From Trueperaceae bacterium (GTDB lineage: Bacteria; Deinococcota; Deinococci; Deinococcales; Trueperaceae), in assembly GCA_040905465.1 (NCBI GenBank), contig JBBDRK010000080.1, positions 1-36,666 of the forward strand: a stretch of DNA of 36,666 nucleotides, given 5' to 3'. The translations under genes were made by a program, and so were the position numbers. The notes under the pieces were generated by a model, which was given only the letters and a program-made list of their open reading frames with translations, did no database searches and was not told the origin of the DNA. Shown here piece after piece: positions 1-9,236 of this stretch; position 1 is the stretch's first letter, and every line of letters begins with the position of its first letter.

Positions 1-1387
1 ACCGCCGCCGGTTGGACACGTGGATGGCGCGCCCGTGGGCCTGCTCGGCCGCCTCCATGAACGCCTCGCTGATGGTCGGATGAGGGTGCTGCGTGAGCGC
101 CACGTCTTCGAGGGTCGCGCCCATCTCGATGGCAAGGGCCGCCTCGGCGACGATGTCGCCCGCGTTCGCTCCCACCATGTGAAATCCCAGCAGCAGGTCG
201 GTCTTGGTGTCGCCGATCACCTTTACAATTCCTTCTGGAGCGCCCAGTGAGAGCGCCCTGCCGGACGCGGCCAGCGGGAAGGTGCCGATCCTGATCTCGA
301 AGCCGGCCTCCTCGGCCTCCTGTTCGGTCATTCCCACCGAAGCGAGCTCGGGCGTGGTGTAGATGACGCTGGGGACAACCGTGTCGTACGCTACCGGCTT
401 GCCGGCGATATGCTCGGCCGCCACCAGTCCCTCCTTCATCGCCTTGTGGGCCAGCAGCGGAGCGCGGCAGACATCGCCGATCGCGTAGATATGCGCAACG
501 CTGGTCTGCAGCCGGTCGTTCACCGGCACGTAGCCACGCTCGTCTACGTTCACGCCCACGTCCTCCAGTCCCAGGCCGTTGCCGTTGGGGCGCCTGCCCA
601 CCGCCACCAGGATCCGGTCGACCGTGATCTTGTCGCTGTTGCCGTTGGGTCCCTCCAGGCCGACTTCGATACCCTTGCCGGTCCGCTTCATAGAGGAAGC
701 CTTGGTCCCGGTCTTCAGCGCTATGCCCCGCTTGCTGAACGCCTTGGCCAGCTCTCCGGAGACCTGCCGGTCGGCCGTCGGAACGATCCGCTCCATCAGC
801 TCCACCACCGTCACCTCGGAACCGAGCGCCTCGTAGATGTCGGCGAACTCCAGGCCGATGGCCGAACCGCCGATCGCCAGGAACCGCTTGGGAACCTCCT
901 GCAACATCAGCGCGCCGGTGCTGTCGACCACCGCGTCTCCGTCGGTCTCGAAGCCGGGGACCTGAATCGGGCTCGAGCCGGTGGCGACGATGAACGCCTT
1001 GGCGCTGTAGCGACTATCGCCAACCTGCACCGTGTGCGGGTCGACGAAACGGGCCTCGCCCTCGAGCAAGGCGACCTTGTTCCCCTTGAACAGCTGCGCC
1101 ACACCCCCCGTAAGCTTGCGCACCACGCCGTCTTTCCAACCCATCAGCCGCTCGACGTTCAGTTTCGGCTTGCCGTACGACACCCCGTACTCTTCGCCGC
1201 CACGCGCCTCGCGCAAGCCTGCCGCTACGTGCAGCAGCGCTTTGGTGGGAATGCAGCCAACGTTGAGGCAGACACCGCCCACCTTTTCCTTCTCCACGCA
1301 GGCGGTCTTCAGACCGAGCTGGGCGGCCCGCAGCGCGGCATGATAGCCGCCGGGGCCGGAGCCGATCACGATCACGTCGTAGTCCAT
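1..1387 (-). CDS. lpdA: Dihydrolipoamide dehydrogenase (E3); stop codon just beyond the window edge
   Basis: Not in the ORF track because it runs off the edge. Manual translation from ATG 1387 gives MDYDVIVIGSGPGGYHAALRAAQLGLKTACVEKEKVGGVCLNVGCIPTKA (FAD GxGxxG; GGVCLNVGCIP redox disulfide). It ends ...EAAEQAHGRAIHVSNRRR at the edge. GGAGG RBS upstream. Confidence 0.96.
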   Translation of the reverse strand, partial: MDYDVIVIGSGPGGYHAALRAAQLGLKTACVEKEKVGGVCLNVGCIPTKALLHVAAGLREARGGEEYGVSYGKPKLNVERLMGWKDGVVRKLTGGVAQLFKGNKVALLEGEARFVDPHTVQVGDSRYSAKAFIVATGSSPIQVPGFETDGDAVVDSTGALMLQEVPKRFLAIGGSAIGLEFADIYEALGSEVTVVELMERIVPTADRQVSGELAKAFSKRGIALKTGTKASSMKRTGKGIEVGLEGPNGNSDKITVDRILVAVGRRPNGNGLGLEDVGVNVDERGYVPVNDRLQTSVAHIYAIGDVCRAPLLAHKAMKEGLVAAEHIAGKPVAYDTVVPSVIYTTPELASVGMTEQEAEEAGFEIRIGTFPLAASGRALSLGAPEGIVKVIGDTKTDLLLGFHMVGANAGDIVAEAALAIEMGATLEDVALTQHPHPTISEAFMEAAEQAHGRAIHVSNRRR

Positions 1388-1610
1388 GAATCCTCCTGTG
1401 GCCCTGATACTTGCTTGGCCGGCCGGGTATACCGCGATTCCATCAGTACTCGGCCGACGCGCGAAACGACCACAGTCTAACGCGCCTCGCCCGCGCAAAC
1501 CGGTCGGCTTACGGCAGCTCGGTGAGCGGTCCCGGCCGGCGTGCCTGCGGCCGTATGGCTCATTGGCCACGGACCGGCGACTCGCCGAGCCGAGGCAGTC
1601 GCAATCGGCG

Positions 1611-1651
1611 CTGCTCGAGCCGTTGCAAAATTGTTGCAACGGCTCGAGCAG
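1611..1651. repeat. Perfect 18-bp inverted repeat with 5-nt spacer
   Basis: CTGCTCGAGCCGTTGCAA-AATTG-TTGCAACGGCTCGAGCAG in the lpdA/csbD divergent intergenic region. Confidence 0.9.
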
Positions 1652-1851
1652 TTCTAACAGGCATCGACGACCGGCTAACGCTCAGAACTGCGCGGGCCGG
1701 AAAGTGGTGCGTTCGACCCGGCCGAACCCCCTCTGCCCGGCACCGGCGAATCCGCACGGGACGACAAACTTCGCGGGAGGGCCCTGTCAGGCTTGACTGA
1801 GGAAGGGCAGCAACGACGCGGCAGAGGAAGCGGCAGGGGGGAGATGCAGCC

Positions 1852-2079
1852 ATGAACTGGCAACGTATCAAGGAAGACTGGTCGGTGCTTCGTGAGGCGG
1901 CGCGCGAGAGGTGGCCGGAGCTGGACGGCAAGACGCTCGAGCAGGCGGCGGGAAACCGCACGGCGCTGATGGAGGCGCTGCAAAACGAGTACGGCTGGAC
2001 CCTGGAGCGCGCCGGCGTGGAGGTCGACCGCTGGGCCGACACGGTATCCGAGCACGGCAGTGGGGAAACCGCCCCCTGA
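1852..2079 (+). CDS. CsbD/YjbJ-like (UPF0337) small stress protein
   Basis: 75 aa. MNWQRIKEDW...RERWPELD...GNRTALMEALQNEYGW resembles the YjbJ pattern (W..L.DDD....G.R..L.G..QE.YG). GGGAG RBS. Confidence 0.75.
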   Translation: MNWQRIKEDWSVLREAARERWPELDGKTLEQAAGNRTALMEALQNEYGWTLERAGVEVDRWADTVSEHGSGETAP

Positions 2080-2090
2080 CACACCTTCGA

Positions 2091-2119
2091 TTGACACGGG
2101 CAGCGGCGAGGCTTAGCAT
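2091..2119 (+). promoter_or_regulatory. Sigma70-type promoter for the leuS leader
   Basis: TTGACA (2091-2096), 17-nt spacer, TAGCAT (2114-2119). Confidence 0.8.
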
Positions 2120-2128
2120 CTGACTACG

Positions 2129-2179
2129 ATGACGGACAGGCGGTCGCTACGACTAACGGAGGTACGGGCCAGGCGGTAG
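2129..2179 (+). CDS. Putative leucine-sensing leader peptide MTDRRSLRLTEVRARR
   Basis: ATG 2129 to TAG 2179, just after the promoter. Both Leu codons are CTA (2147, 2153), which is rare in this GC-rich window. Lies upstream of leuS. Confidence 0.65.
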   Translation: MTDRRSLRLTEVRARR

Positions 2180-2206
2180 CAAGAGCGAATCCTGCGTCTT
2201 GTGCCA

Positions 2207-2240
2207 GTGGCCCGGCCGATTCGGTCGGGCCACGATTCTT
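2207..2240 (+). terminator. Attenuator/terminator-like hairpin in the leuS leader
   Basis: GTGGCCCGGCCG-ATT-CGGTCGGGCCAC (12-bp stem, one G-U) followed by a weak U-rich tail GATTCTT. Confidence 0.6.
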
Positions 2241-2286
2241 CGTGGGTCCCGGAGTCAACCCGGCTAGCGACTATACTGGAGAGGTT

Positions 2287-4803
2287 ATGACTGAAACGAG
2301 CGAGGCGGTAATCGCCGCCGAGGCGCGCGAGCGCTACAACCCGCGCGACATCGAGCCCAAATGGCAGCAGCGGTGGCAGGAGCAGGGCATCTATCGTGTC
2401 GATTTGAACAGCGAGCGGCCCAGGTTCTACTTCCTGACCATGTATCCGTACCCCTCCGGAAACCTGCATGTGGGCCACTGGTACGCCGAAGCGCCGGCAG
2501 ACGCCGCCGCCAGGTACCGCCGCATGCGCGGCTACAACGTGCTCTTCCCGATGGGTTTCGACGCCTTCGGCCTGCCGGCCGAGAATGCCGCTATCAGTGC
2601 GGCCCGCGAGGGCCGGGAGGTCCACCCCGCGTCGCTCACCTACGAGCGGATCGCCTACATGGAGAAGCAGTTCCGGCAGATGGGCGCGATGTTCGACTGG
2701 AGCACCAAAGTCGTCACCTGCGACCCGGAGTACTACCGCTGGAACCAGTGGTTCTTCGTGAAGATGTTCGAGCGCGGCCTCGCCTACCGCAAGGAGTCCT
2801 ACGTCAACTGGGACCCGGTCGACCAGACCGTTCTGGCCAACGAGCAGGTCATCGACGGGCGTGGCGACCGCAGCGGCGCCCTGGTAGAGCGACGGCTCAT
2901 GCCGCAGTGGCACCTCAAGATCACCGACTACGCGGACGAGTTGCTCGACTTCTCCGGCCTCGACTGGCCGGAGCGCGTCAAGCTCATGCAGACGAACTGG
3001 ATCGGGCGCTCGGAAGGGGCCGAGGTGGCCTTCAGGAGCGAACAGGGCGATCCGATGACGGTGTTCACCACCCGGCCGGATACGCTCTGGGGAGCGACCT
3101 TCATGGTCCTCGCACCCGAGCATCCGCTGGTCTCGAAGCTGGTCACCTCCGAGCGGCGGCAGGCGGTGGAGAGCTACATCGAGCGCTCGGAACACACCAG
3201 CGAGATCGACCGGCAGTCGGAAGGGCGCGAGAAGACCGGCGAGTTCATCGGCGCCTATGCGGTGAACCCCGTCAACGACCACCGGATCCCCATCTGGATC
3301 GCCGATTACGTACTGATGACGTACGGCACCGGCGCGATAATGGCCGTACCTGCTCACGACCAACGGGACTTCGAGTTCGCGCGCAAGTTCGGTCTCGAGG
3401 TGGCGCCGGTGATCGTGCCGGAGGGGCAGGACAGGGGCGGCGCAACGATGAGCGAAGCGTATTCGGGCGACGGGGTGATGATTCGCTCGGGACGGTTCGA
3501 CGGCACCCGGACGGGCAAGGGCGCGAACGCCGCTGACGACGAAAACGGAATCGCCCGCGTGATCGCCTGGCTCGAGGAGCAGGGCCTGGGATCGCGCAAG
3601 GTGACCTATCGCCTGCGTGACTGGCTGATCTCGCGTCAGCGCTACTGGGGAACGCCGATTCCGATGGTGTACTGCGACGCTTGCGGAGTGGTGCCCGAGC
3701 GCGAGGAGAACCTGCCGGTGGAGCTGCCTCACGACGTGGCGTTCATGCCGACCGGCGAATCTCCTCTGAAGCACCACAAACCGTTTCTCGACACCAGTTG
3801 TCCTGAATGCGGAGGTGCGGCGCGCCGCGAAACAGACACCATGGACACCTTCATGGACTCCTCGTGGTACTGGTTCCGCTACCTCAGCCCGCATCTGAAA
3901 GGTGCGCCGTTCGACGAAGAGCTGGCCAAGCGCTGGACTCCGGTGAACCTCTACACCGGCGGCATCGAGCACGCCATCTTGCATCTGCTCTACGCTCGCT
4001 TCTTCACCAAGGTCGTGCGCGATTTCGGTCTCGTCGACAGCGACGAACCGTTCCTGCGCTTGCGCAACCAGGGGATGATCCTGGGCGAAGACAACGAGAA
4101 GATGTCGAAGTCACGCGGCAATGTGGTCGACCCCGACGATCTGGTCGAGTCGTACGGCGCGGACGCGGTTCGCGCCTATCTGATGTTCATCGGACCGTGG
4201 GACCAGGGCGGCCCCTGGAACCCCAAGGGGATCGAGGGCGTGACGCGCTTTCTCAACAGGGTGTGGAACGTCGTTCTCGAACCGGCCGAAGAGCGCGATG
4301 AGGGTGCCGACGACCGGGGTGACCTGCGGCGGGCGGTTCACCTGGCGATAAAGGAAGTCACCGAGGACTTCGAGGCATTCTCGTTCAACACCGCTGTAGC
4401 CGAGTTGATGACCCTGCAGAACGCCATGACCAGGTTGAAGAGCCGGTCGTTGTGCCAGAGCGCCGAGTGGACGGAGGCGGTCTCCACTATCCTGCTCCTG
4501 CTCGCACCGATAACCCCTCACCTCAGCGAGGAGCTCTGGGAACGCAGCGGCCACGGCGAGTCCGTACACCTTCGGAGCTGGCCGGTGCACGACGAGACCG
4601 CGCTCACCTCCGCAACCGTGCAGATGGCGGTGCAGGTGAACGGGAAGGTCCGGGCTCAGGTCACGGTTGCGGTCGACGCAACGAAGGACCAGATCTTGGA
4701 CGTTGCCAAGGCGGACCGCAAGGTTGCTCGCTACCTGGCGGAAGGCGAGCTCGTTCGCGAGATCGTGGTGCCCGGCAGGCTCGTCAACCTCGTCCTCAAA
4801 TAG
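2287..4803 (+). CDS. leuS: Leucine--tRNA ligase
   Basis: MYPYPSGNLHVGH (HIGH), KMSKS, editing-domain motifs FTTRPDT and GTGAIMAVPAHDQRD. Start set at ATG 2287 after the GGAGAGG RBS. Confidence 0.98.
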   Translation: MTETSEAVIAAEARERYNPRDIEPKWQQRWQEQGIYRVDLNSERPRFYFLTMYPYPSGNLHVGHWYAEAPADAAARYRRMRGYNVLFPMGFDAFGLPAENAAISAAREGREVHPASLTYERIAYMEKQFRQMGAMFDWSTKVVTCDPEYYRWNQWFFVKMFERGLAYRKESYVNWDPVDQTVLANEQVIDGRGDRSGALVERRLMPQWHLKITDYADELLDFSGLDWPERVKLMQTNWIGRSEGAEVAFRSEQGDPMTVFTTRPDTLWGATFMVLAPEHPLVSKLVTSERRQAVESYIERSEHTSEIDRQSEGREKTGEFIGAYAVNPVNDHRIPIWIADYVLMTYGTGAIMAVPAHDQRDFEFARKFGLEVAPVIVPEGQDRGGATMSEAYSGDGVMIRSGRFDGTRTGKGANAADDENGIARVIAWLEEQGLGSRKVTYRLRDWLISRQRYWGTPIPMVYCDACGVVPEREENLPVELPHDVAFMPTGESPLKHHKPFLDTSCPECGGAARRETDTMDTFMDSSWYWFRYLSPHLKGAPFDEELAKRWTPVNLYTGGIEHAILHLLYARFFTKVVRDFGLVDSDEPFLRLRNQGMILGEDNEKMSKSRGNVVDPDDLVESYGADAVRAYLMFIGPWDQGGPWNPKGIEGVTRFLNRVWNVVLEPAEERDEGADDRGDLRRAVHLAIKEVTEDFEAFSFNTAVAELMTLQNAMTRLKSRSLCQSAEWTEAVSTILLLLAPITPHLSEELWERSGHGESVHLRSWPVHDETALTSATVQMAVQVNGKVRAQVTVAVDATKDQILDVAKADRKVARYLAEGELVREIVVPGRLVNLVLK

Positions 4804-4856
4804 TGGCGTCGGGCAGCGGCGGCGAGTAGCGGCGCGCGAGACCGAGGAACCGGACG

Positions 4857-5357
4857 GTGTCGATGATGGTCGTGGTCTTCGGGCTCCCTGGATCCGGCAA
4901 GAGCACGATGGCGGTTCGGCTGGCTCGGCGCCTGGAAGCCGTCTGGATCAGTAGCGACGCAATTCGTGGCGAGCGCGGCCTGAGCGGCGATTACAGCAAG
5001 GAGAGCATCGCTGCCGTCTACCGGGAGATGATGACGCGAGCCGGCAGTCACCTGACGGACGGGGCAAAGGTCGTCCTGGACGGCTCGTTCAGCAATCGTC
5101 GTTTTCGGCAGCAGGCGCGGGAGCTGGCCGGGTCGCATGGCGTCCCGCTGGCCCTCATACACATGGTCGCCGACGACCGGGTGACGCTGCGGCGAGTGGG
5201 GCGCAGGCGGAGACTGACAGAAGCAGGTCCGGAGGCGTACCAGCTGCTGAAGCGGAACTTCGACCCGATCGAAGAAGAGCATTTGACCCTCGATTCGAGC
5301 AAGACACGCGTCAAGGGACTGTTGAAACAGGCGCTGCACTACCTGGACGTTTGCTGA
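4857..5357 (+). CDS. P-loop (AAA_33-like) nucleotide/sugar kinase
   Basis: Walker A GLPGSGKST, SSDAIR and VVLDGSF motifs typical of small predicted kinases. Start may be ATG 4863. Confidence 0.8.
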   Translation: MSMMVVVFGLPGSGKSTMAVRLARRLEAVWISSDAIRGERGLSGDYSKESIAAVYREMMTRAGSHLTDGAKVVLDGSFSNRRFRQQARELAGSHGVPLALIHMVADDRVTLRRVGRRRRLTEAGPEAYQLLKRNFDPIEEEHLTLDSSKTRVKGLLKQALHYLDVC

Positions 5358-5435
5358 GGCAGATTGGGAGCCGGGCCGCCGCCGATGGCGGGGTGCTGGG
5401 CAGCGCTCACCGCGGCGCGGCAGGCGCCGGACGCT

Positions 5436-6218
5436 TCACTGCGGCGCGATCAGCGCTACCTCGAGCAGGGTCGACACGTCGACGGCGGGCTGGACCATGA
5501 AGCTCCGCCGCAACTCGTTCGGGTCCTTGGGCAACACCTCGACCACCTCGCCGACCAGCACCCCCCGAGGGAACAGACCGCCATACGAACTGGTCTCCAC
5601 CAGATCCCCGACTCGCACCGGATCACGCTCGATGAAATTCATGACTCGCACCCGGCCGCCGACCTCACCGATCGCCACTCCCTGACCACCACGGCCCCGT
5701 ACGGTCACGCCGACCCGCGACTCCAGGTCGCTGACGGTTCGCACCGAGGCGTTAGAGGAACCTACCTCGGTGACCAGGCCGACCAAACCTTGGGGCACGG
5801 TCACCGGCATGTTCTCCACCACGCCGTCCCTGCTGCCCTTGCCGAGACTGAGCCGGCGCAGGACTGCGCCCGCCGACACGCCGGTTACGGAAGCGGTAGT
5901 CGCGACCCCCGGTGACTGATCCTCGCGAATCTGCACGACCTCGAGCAGCTGTTCGACTCGCAGCGACAGCTCACGGTTCTCCTGCCGCAGCCGGGCAGCT
6001 TCATCGTGCAGCCGAGACAACTCCGCCCTGAGATCGCTGCGATCGGTGAGCGACCCCCAAGCGGAGCGCAGGTTCACGGCAGGCTGGTAGAGCAGGTTGT
6101 GTGGGAGCGACACCACGGCAGTGAGGTCGCTCGGCACCTGACCGATTAGCGCCGTCATCACGAACGTCACCATGCCGGCACCGAGAAAGGCGTACCAGGC
6201 TCTGAACAGGCTAGACAA
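5436..6218 (-). CDS. mreC: Rod shape-determining protein MreC
   Basis: N-terminal TM, coiled coil (LRQENREL), KGSRDGVVENMPV..GLVG, GDLVETS..GGLFPRGVLVGEV. TTG start at 6218 inferred, overlapping the maf stop. Confidence 0.9.
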   Translation of the reverse strand: MSSLFRAWYAFLGAGMVTFVMTALIGQVPSDLTAVVSLPHNLLYQPAVNLRSAWGSLTDRSDLRAELSRLHDEAARLRQENRELSLRVEQLLEVVQIREDQSPGVATTASVTGVSAGAVLRRLSLGKGSRDGVVENMPVTVPQGLVGLVTEVGSSNASVRTVSDLESRVGVTVRGRGGQGVAIGEVGGRVRVMNFIERDPVRVGDLVETSSYGGLFPRGVLVGEVVEVLPKDPNELRRSFMVQPAVDVSTLLEVALIAPQ

Positions 6219-6825
6219 GGACCGCCCCCAGATCGGCGGCCAGTTCGACGACGGCCGCGAGCGACAAGCCGACGACGTTGAAATAACAGCCGTCGAGACG
6301 CGGAACGAGAGCCGCGCCGTGTCCCTGGATGGCGTAACCGCCGGCCTTGTCCAGACCTTCGCCGGTCGCCACGTAACGGTCCATCTCCGGCCCGCTGAGC
6401 TCACGGAAGCTGACCCGGGTGCGGCATACCGTGCTGGCAACCCGGTCGCCGAGTCGCAGGCAGTGGCCGGTGAACACGTCGTGATCGCCCCCGGCCAGTA
6501 GCTCCAGGAAGCGCCGATTCTCGGTGGCGTCTTTCGGCTTGCCCAGAATCACCCCGTGGCGCACGACCACGGTGTCGGCGGCCACTACTAGTGCCTCCGG
6601 GCGGCTTTGGGCGACGTGTGCCGCCTTCGATGCGCTCAACCGCTCGACCAGCCTGCGGGGTTCCTCCGCCGGCTGCGGTGTCTCGTCTATCTCCGCGGGA
6701 CGGACCTCGAACACCAGCCCCAGCGCCTCCAGCAGCTCTCGCCGGCGCGGCGAACCGCTGGCCAGCACCACCGGCGGCGCCTGCGGCACCGGCACCGGTT
6801 CCTGGTAGGAAACTTCGGCAGACAC
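6211..6825 (-). CDS. maf: Maf family nucleotide pyrophosphatase
   Basis: LASGSPRRRELL, AADTVV, ILGKP and DKAGGYAIQG motifs. GTG start at 6825 after GGAGGG inferred. Confidence 0.93.
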   Translation of the reverse strand: MSAEVSYQEPVPVPQAPPVVLASGSPRRRELLEALGLVFEVRPAEIDETPQPAEEPRRLVERLSASKAAHVAQSRPEALVVAADTVVVRHGVILGKPKDATENRRFLELLAGGDHDVFTGHCLRLGDRVASTVCRTRVSFRELSGPEMDRYVATGEGLDKAGGYAIQGHGAALVPRLDGCYFNVVGLSLAAVVELAADLGAVLV

Positions 6826-6906
6826 GCCCTCCACTGTACCCTCTGCCTGGAATAGCGCGACAGCGATAAGTTCTCTCGGCAAGCGTCACCCGCGTTAGAC
6901 TGGGGC

Positions 6907-7371
6907 ATGTCCACGAACCTGTCGGTTGGAGACGCGGCGCCCTCGTTCGACAAGCAGACCACCCACGGCCCTCGACGGTTGGAAGATTACCGCGGCCGCT
7001 GGCTGGTCCTGTACTTCTATCCGAAGGACGAAACTCCCGGCTGTACGACCGAGGCTTGCGACTTTCGTGACCAGCTTCCGGGCCTGGACGCGGAGGTGCT
7101 GGGTGTGTCGCCCGACTCTCTCGAGAGCCACCGTGCCTTCCAGGCCAACCACGGCCTCCCCTTTCCGCTCATCGCCGATGAGGAACATGCGCTCGCCGAG
7201 GCGTACGGCGCATGGGGAGAGAAACAGAGCTACGGCCGCACCAGCGTCGGCATCATTCGTTCCACGTTCATCGTCGACCCCCAGGGCCGAATAGCCGAAG
7301 CGATGAAAAACGTCAAGGCCACCGGACACGCCGAACGCGTGAGCACACGGTTGGCGGAACTACGCGCGTGA
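6907..7371 (+). CDS. bcp: Peroxiredoxin Q / bacterioferritin comigratory protein
   Basis: YFYPKDETPGCTTEACDFRD, RSTFIVD. Confidence 0.95.
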   Translation: MSTNLSVGDAAPSFDKQTTHGPRRLEDYRGRWLVLYFYPKDETPGCTTEACDFRDQLPGLDAEVLGVSPDSLESHRAFQANHGLPFPLIADEEHALAEAYGAWGEKQSYGRTSVGIIRSTFIVDPQGRIAEAMKNVKATGHAERVSTRLAELRA

Positions 7372-8069
7372 GCGGCACGGCCGCCGCGGCCGAAGAACAG
7401 AAAATGGCGGCGGCCATAGCTGCCTCTGAGTTGATCGACTCGGATAGTGTGATCGGGCTCGGTACCGGGAGCACGGTGCGCTACCTGATCGAGGAGCTCG
7501 GCCGGCGCCTGGCCGATGGGCGGCTCGAGCGGGTACACGGCGTGGCCACGTCGGTCGCTTCCGAAAGACTGGCGGCGGCGGTCGGGATCCCGCTGGTCGA
7601 GCTTCCCGAGCAGGGCGTGGCGCTGGCCATCGACGGAATGGACGAGGTAGACAGCCGCCTCCAGGCGATCAAAGGGCTCGGCGGGGCCCTCGCGCGCGAA
7701 AAGATCGTGGCGGCGAGCGCCGCCAGCTTCGTACTGGTAGGCGACGCCGGCAAGCGAGTCGAGCGCCTGGCCGAGCGCACGCCGGTTCCTGTCGAGGTGC
7801 TCTCCTTCGGTTGGCGGCGCACTGCGCATCTACTGGAGGAACTGGGACTGGAACCCCGGTTCAGGCGGGCCGGCGAGACGCTGTTCACCAGCGACAACGG
7901 CAACCCGATCCTCGATTGCCGGGTGCGCCTGCCGGCCGACCTCGACCGGCTCGCCGAGAGTATCTCGCTGCTCCCCGGAGTGGTGGAGCACGGCCTGTTC
8001 CTCGATCATGCCGAAGTCGCCTTCGTAGCCGGAAGCGACGGGGTCGAGGAGTTGCGGAGGCGGGCATGA
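7368..8069 (+). CDS. rpiA: Ribose-5-phosphate isomerase A
   Basis: GLGTGST, DGMDEVD, KGLGGALAREKIVA, PGVVEHGLF. GTG 7368 overlaps the bcp stop (GTGA). Confidence 0.95.
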   Translation: MSGTAAAAEEQKMAAAIAASELIDSDSVIGLGTGSTVRYLIEELGRRLADGRLERVHGVATSVASERLAAAVGIPLVELPEQGVALAIDGMDEVDSRLQAIKGLGGALAREKIVAASAASFVLVGDAGKRVERLAERTPVPVEVLSFGWRRTAHLLEELGLEPRFRRAGETLFTSDNGNPILDCRVRLPADLDRLAESISLLPGVVEHGLFLDHAEVAFVAGSDGVEELRRRA

Positions 8070-8428
8070 TAAAGGCGGTAGGACTGGACATCATCGAGTT
8101 GGTTCGCATCAAGCGTATCTGGCAACGCCATCCCAAGCGCTTCCTGTATCGCCACTTCACGGCCGACGAGATCACCTTCTGCCGGTCCAAGACCGACCCG
8201 CTTCCCTCGATCGCCGCCCGCTTCGCCGCCAAGGAGGCCTTCCAGAAGTGCTGGCACGAAAGCCACGGGTGGCAGGACGTATGGGTGGTTCGCGAGGGGA
8301 TGAAGCCGAAGCTTGCGTTCGCCTCGCACATCGAACGGCAGATCGCCGAGCAGGGGTTGACGGTGCATCTATCTCTGACCCACTCGCGCGATCATGCGGC
8401 GGCGGTAGTGGTTCTCGAGAAGCTCTAG
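8066..8428 (+). CDS. acpS: Holo-ACP synthase (4'-phosphopantetheinyl transferase)
   Basis: GLDIIEL, AARFAAKEAFQK, HLSLTHS. ATGA overlap with rpiA. Confidence 0.93.
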   Translation: MIKAVGLDIIELVRIKRIWQRHPKRFLYRHFTADEITFCRSKTDPLPSIAARFAAKEAFQKCWHESHGWQDVWVVREGMKPKLAFASHIERQIAEQGLTVHLSLTHSRDHAAAVVVLEKL

Positions 8429-8514
8429 CCGCACGCTCCGCCGAAGTGACTCGTCCCTACGCCACGCCCGCAGGCAATGGTCGAGGGCCGCCAACAAATT
8501 GCGGCAGAAAAAGT

Positions 8515-8561
8515 GCGTTACCTCGAGACGAAGCGCTGCTGCGCCCGTCTCGAGGTAACGC
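8515..8561. terminator. Perfect 16-bp inverted repeat between convergent acpS and ldrP-like genes; probable terminator
   Basis: GCGTTACCTCGAGACG (8515-8530) and CGTCTCGAGGTAACGC (8546-8561). An A-run upstream gives a U-rich tail on the minus strand. Confidence 0.7.
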
Positions 8562-8579
8562 GCTGGCTGTCAGCGATGG

Positions 8580-9236
8580 CTACAGGCCGTCGGCGATCAC
8601 TTGCAACTCGAGCGGATCGAGAAGGGTGATGCTGCGATACCCGGACTCGATGAGCCCTTCGGATCGCAGTTCGGTGATGATCTTCGAGACGCTCTCCCTG
8701 GTACTGGCGGTGCCCTCGGCGATCAACTCGTGCGTGGCCGAGATCACGTGTCGCCGCGCCTCGTCCTGGGCGGCCAGCGGCGTATCGGAGAGATTGATCA
8801 GGTAGCGGGCCACGCGCTGGCGGAGGTCGCCGGTCTGCAGGTGGTACTCGTAGTCCATCAGCCGCTGCATCTGCTTCGACAACGACTGCGTAATGGTCAT
8901 GAGGTCACCGTGATTGATCATCTCGGGATCGATCGCTTCGATCTGCGCATTGGTAAGGGCCTCGGCGATCTCCTCCCGATTTCCGTGCATGAACGCTTCC
9001 TCACCGAAGAAATCGCCAGGCATCACGTGGCGCACGGTCAACACCCGTCCTTCCGGCGTCATCCGGGTAATGCGGATGAGCCCGTCACGAACGCGAAACA
9101 CCGACTGGGCGGGATCGCCGCTGTGATAGAGCGTCTGCTTGCGGTGAAAGCTGAGCGTTTGTGTCGGCGCTTCGAGCGAGCCTTCCAGAGGCATCTCCTG
9201 CTCGTGCCCTCCGATTTGATCGAATAGTGTATTCAT
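8580..9236 (-). CDS. Crp/Fnr family regulator, LdrP/DdrI-like
   Basis: cNMP-binding-like barrel (GRVLTVRHVMPGDFFGEEA) and HTH (THELIAEGTASTRESVSK). Lies downstream of a carH/litR homologue, as in Thermus litR-ldrP. ATG 9236 after GGAGG. Confidence 0.9.
   Translation of the reverse strand: MNTLFDQIGGHEQEMPLEGSLEAPTQTLSFHRKQTLYHSGDPAQSVFRVRDGLIRITRMTPEGRVLTVRHVMPGDFFGEEAFMHGNREEIAEALTNAQIEAIDPEMINHGDLMTITQSLSKQMQRLMDYEYHLQTGDLRQRVARYLINLSDTPLAAQDEARRHVISATHELIAEGTASTRESVSKIITELRSEGLIESGYRSITLLDPLELQVIADGL

Noticed and set aside
410-1480. 356-aa plus-strand ORF, and similar long ORFs such as 2113-3984(-), 13631-15205(+), 17380-19614(+) and 9311-10495(-)
   Set aside because: Antisense or off-frame shadows of clearly identified genes; expected at high GC.
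2120-2286. T-box riboswitch upstream of leuS
   Set aside because: No GGTGGNACC T-box sequence, and the leader is short for a full Stem I. The leader-peptide model fits better.
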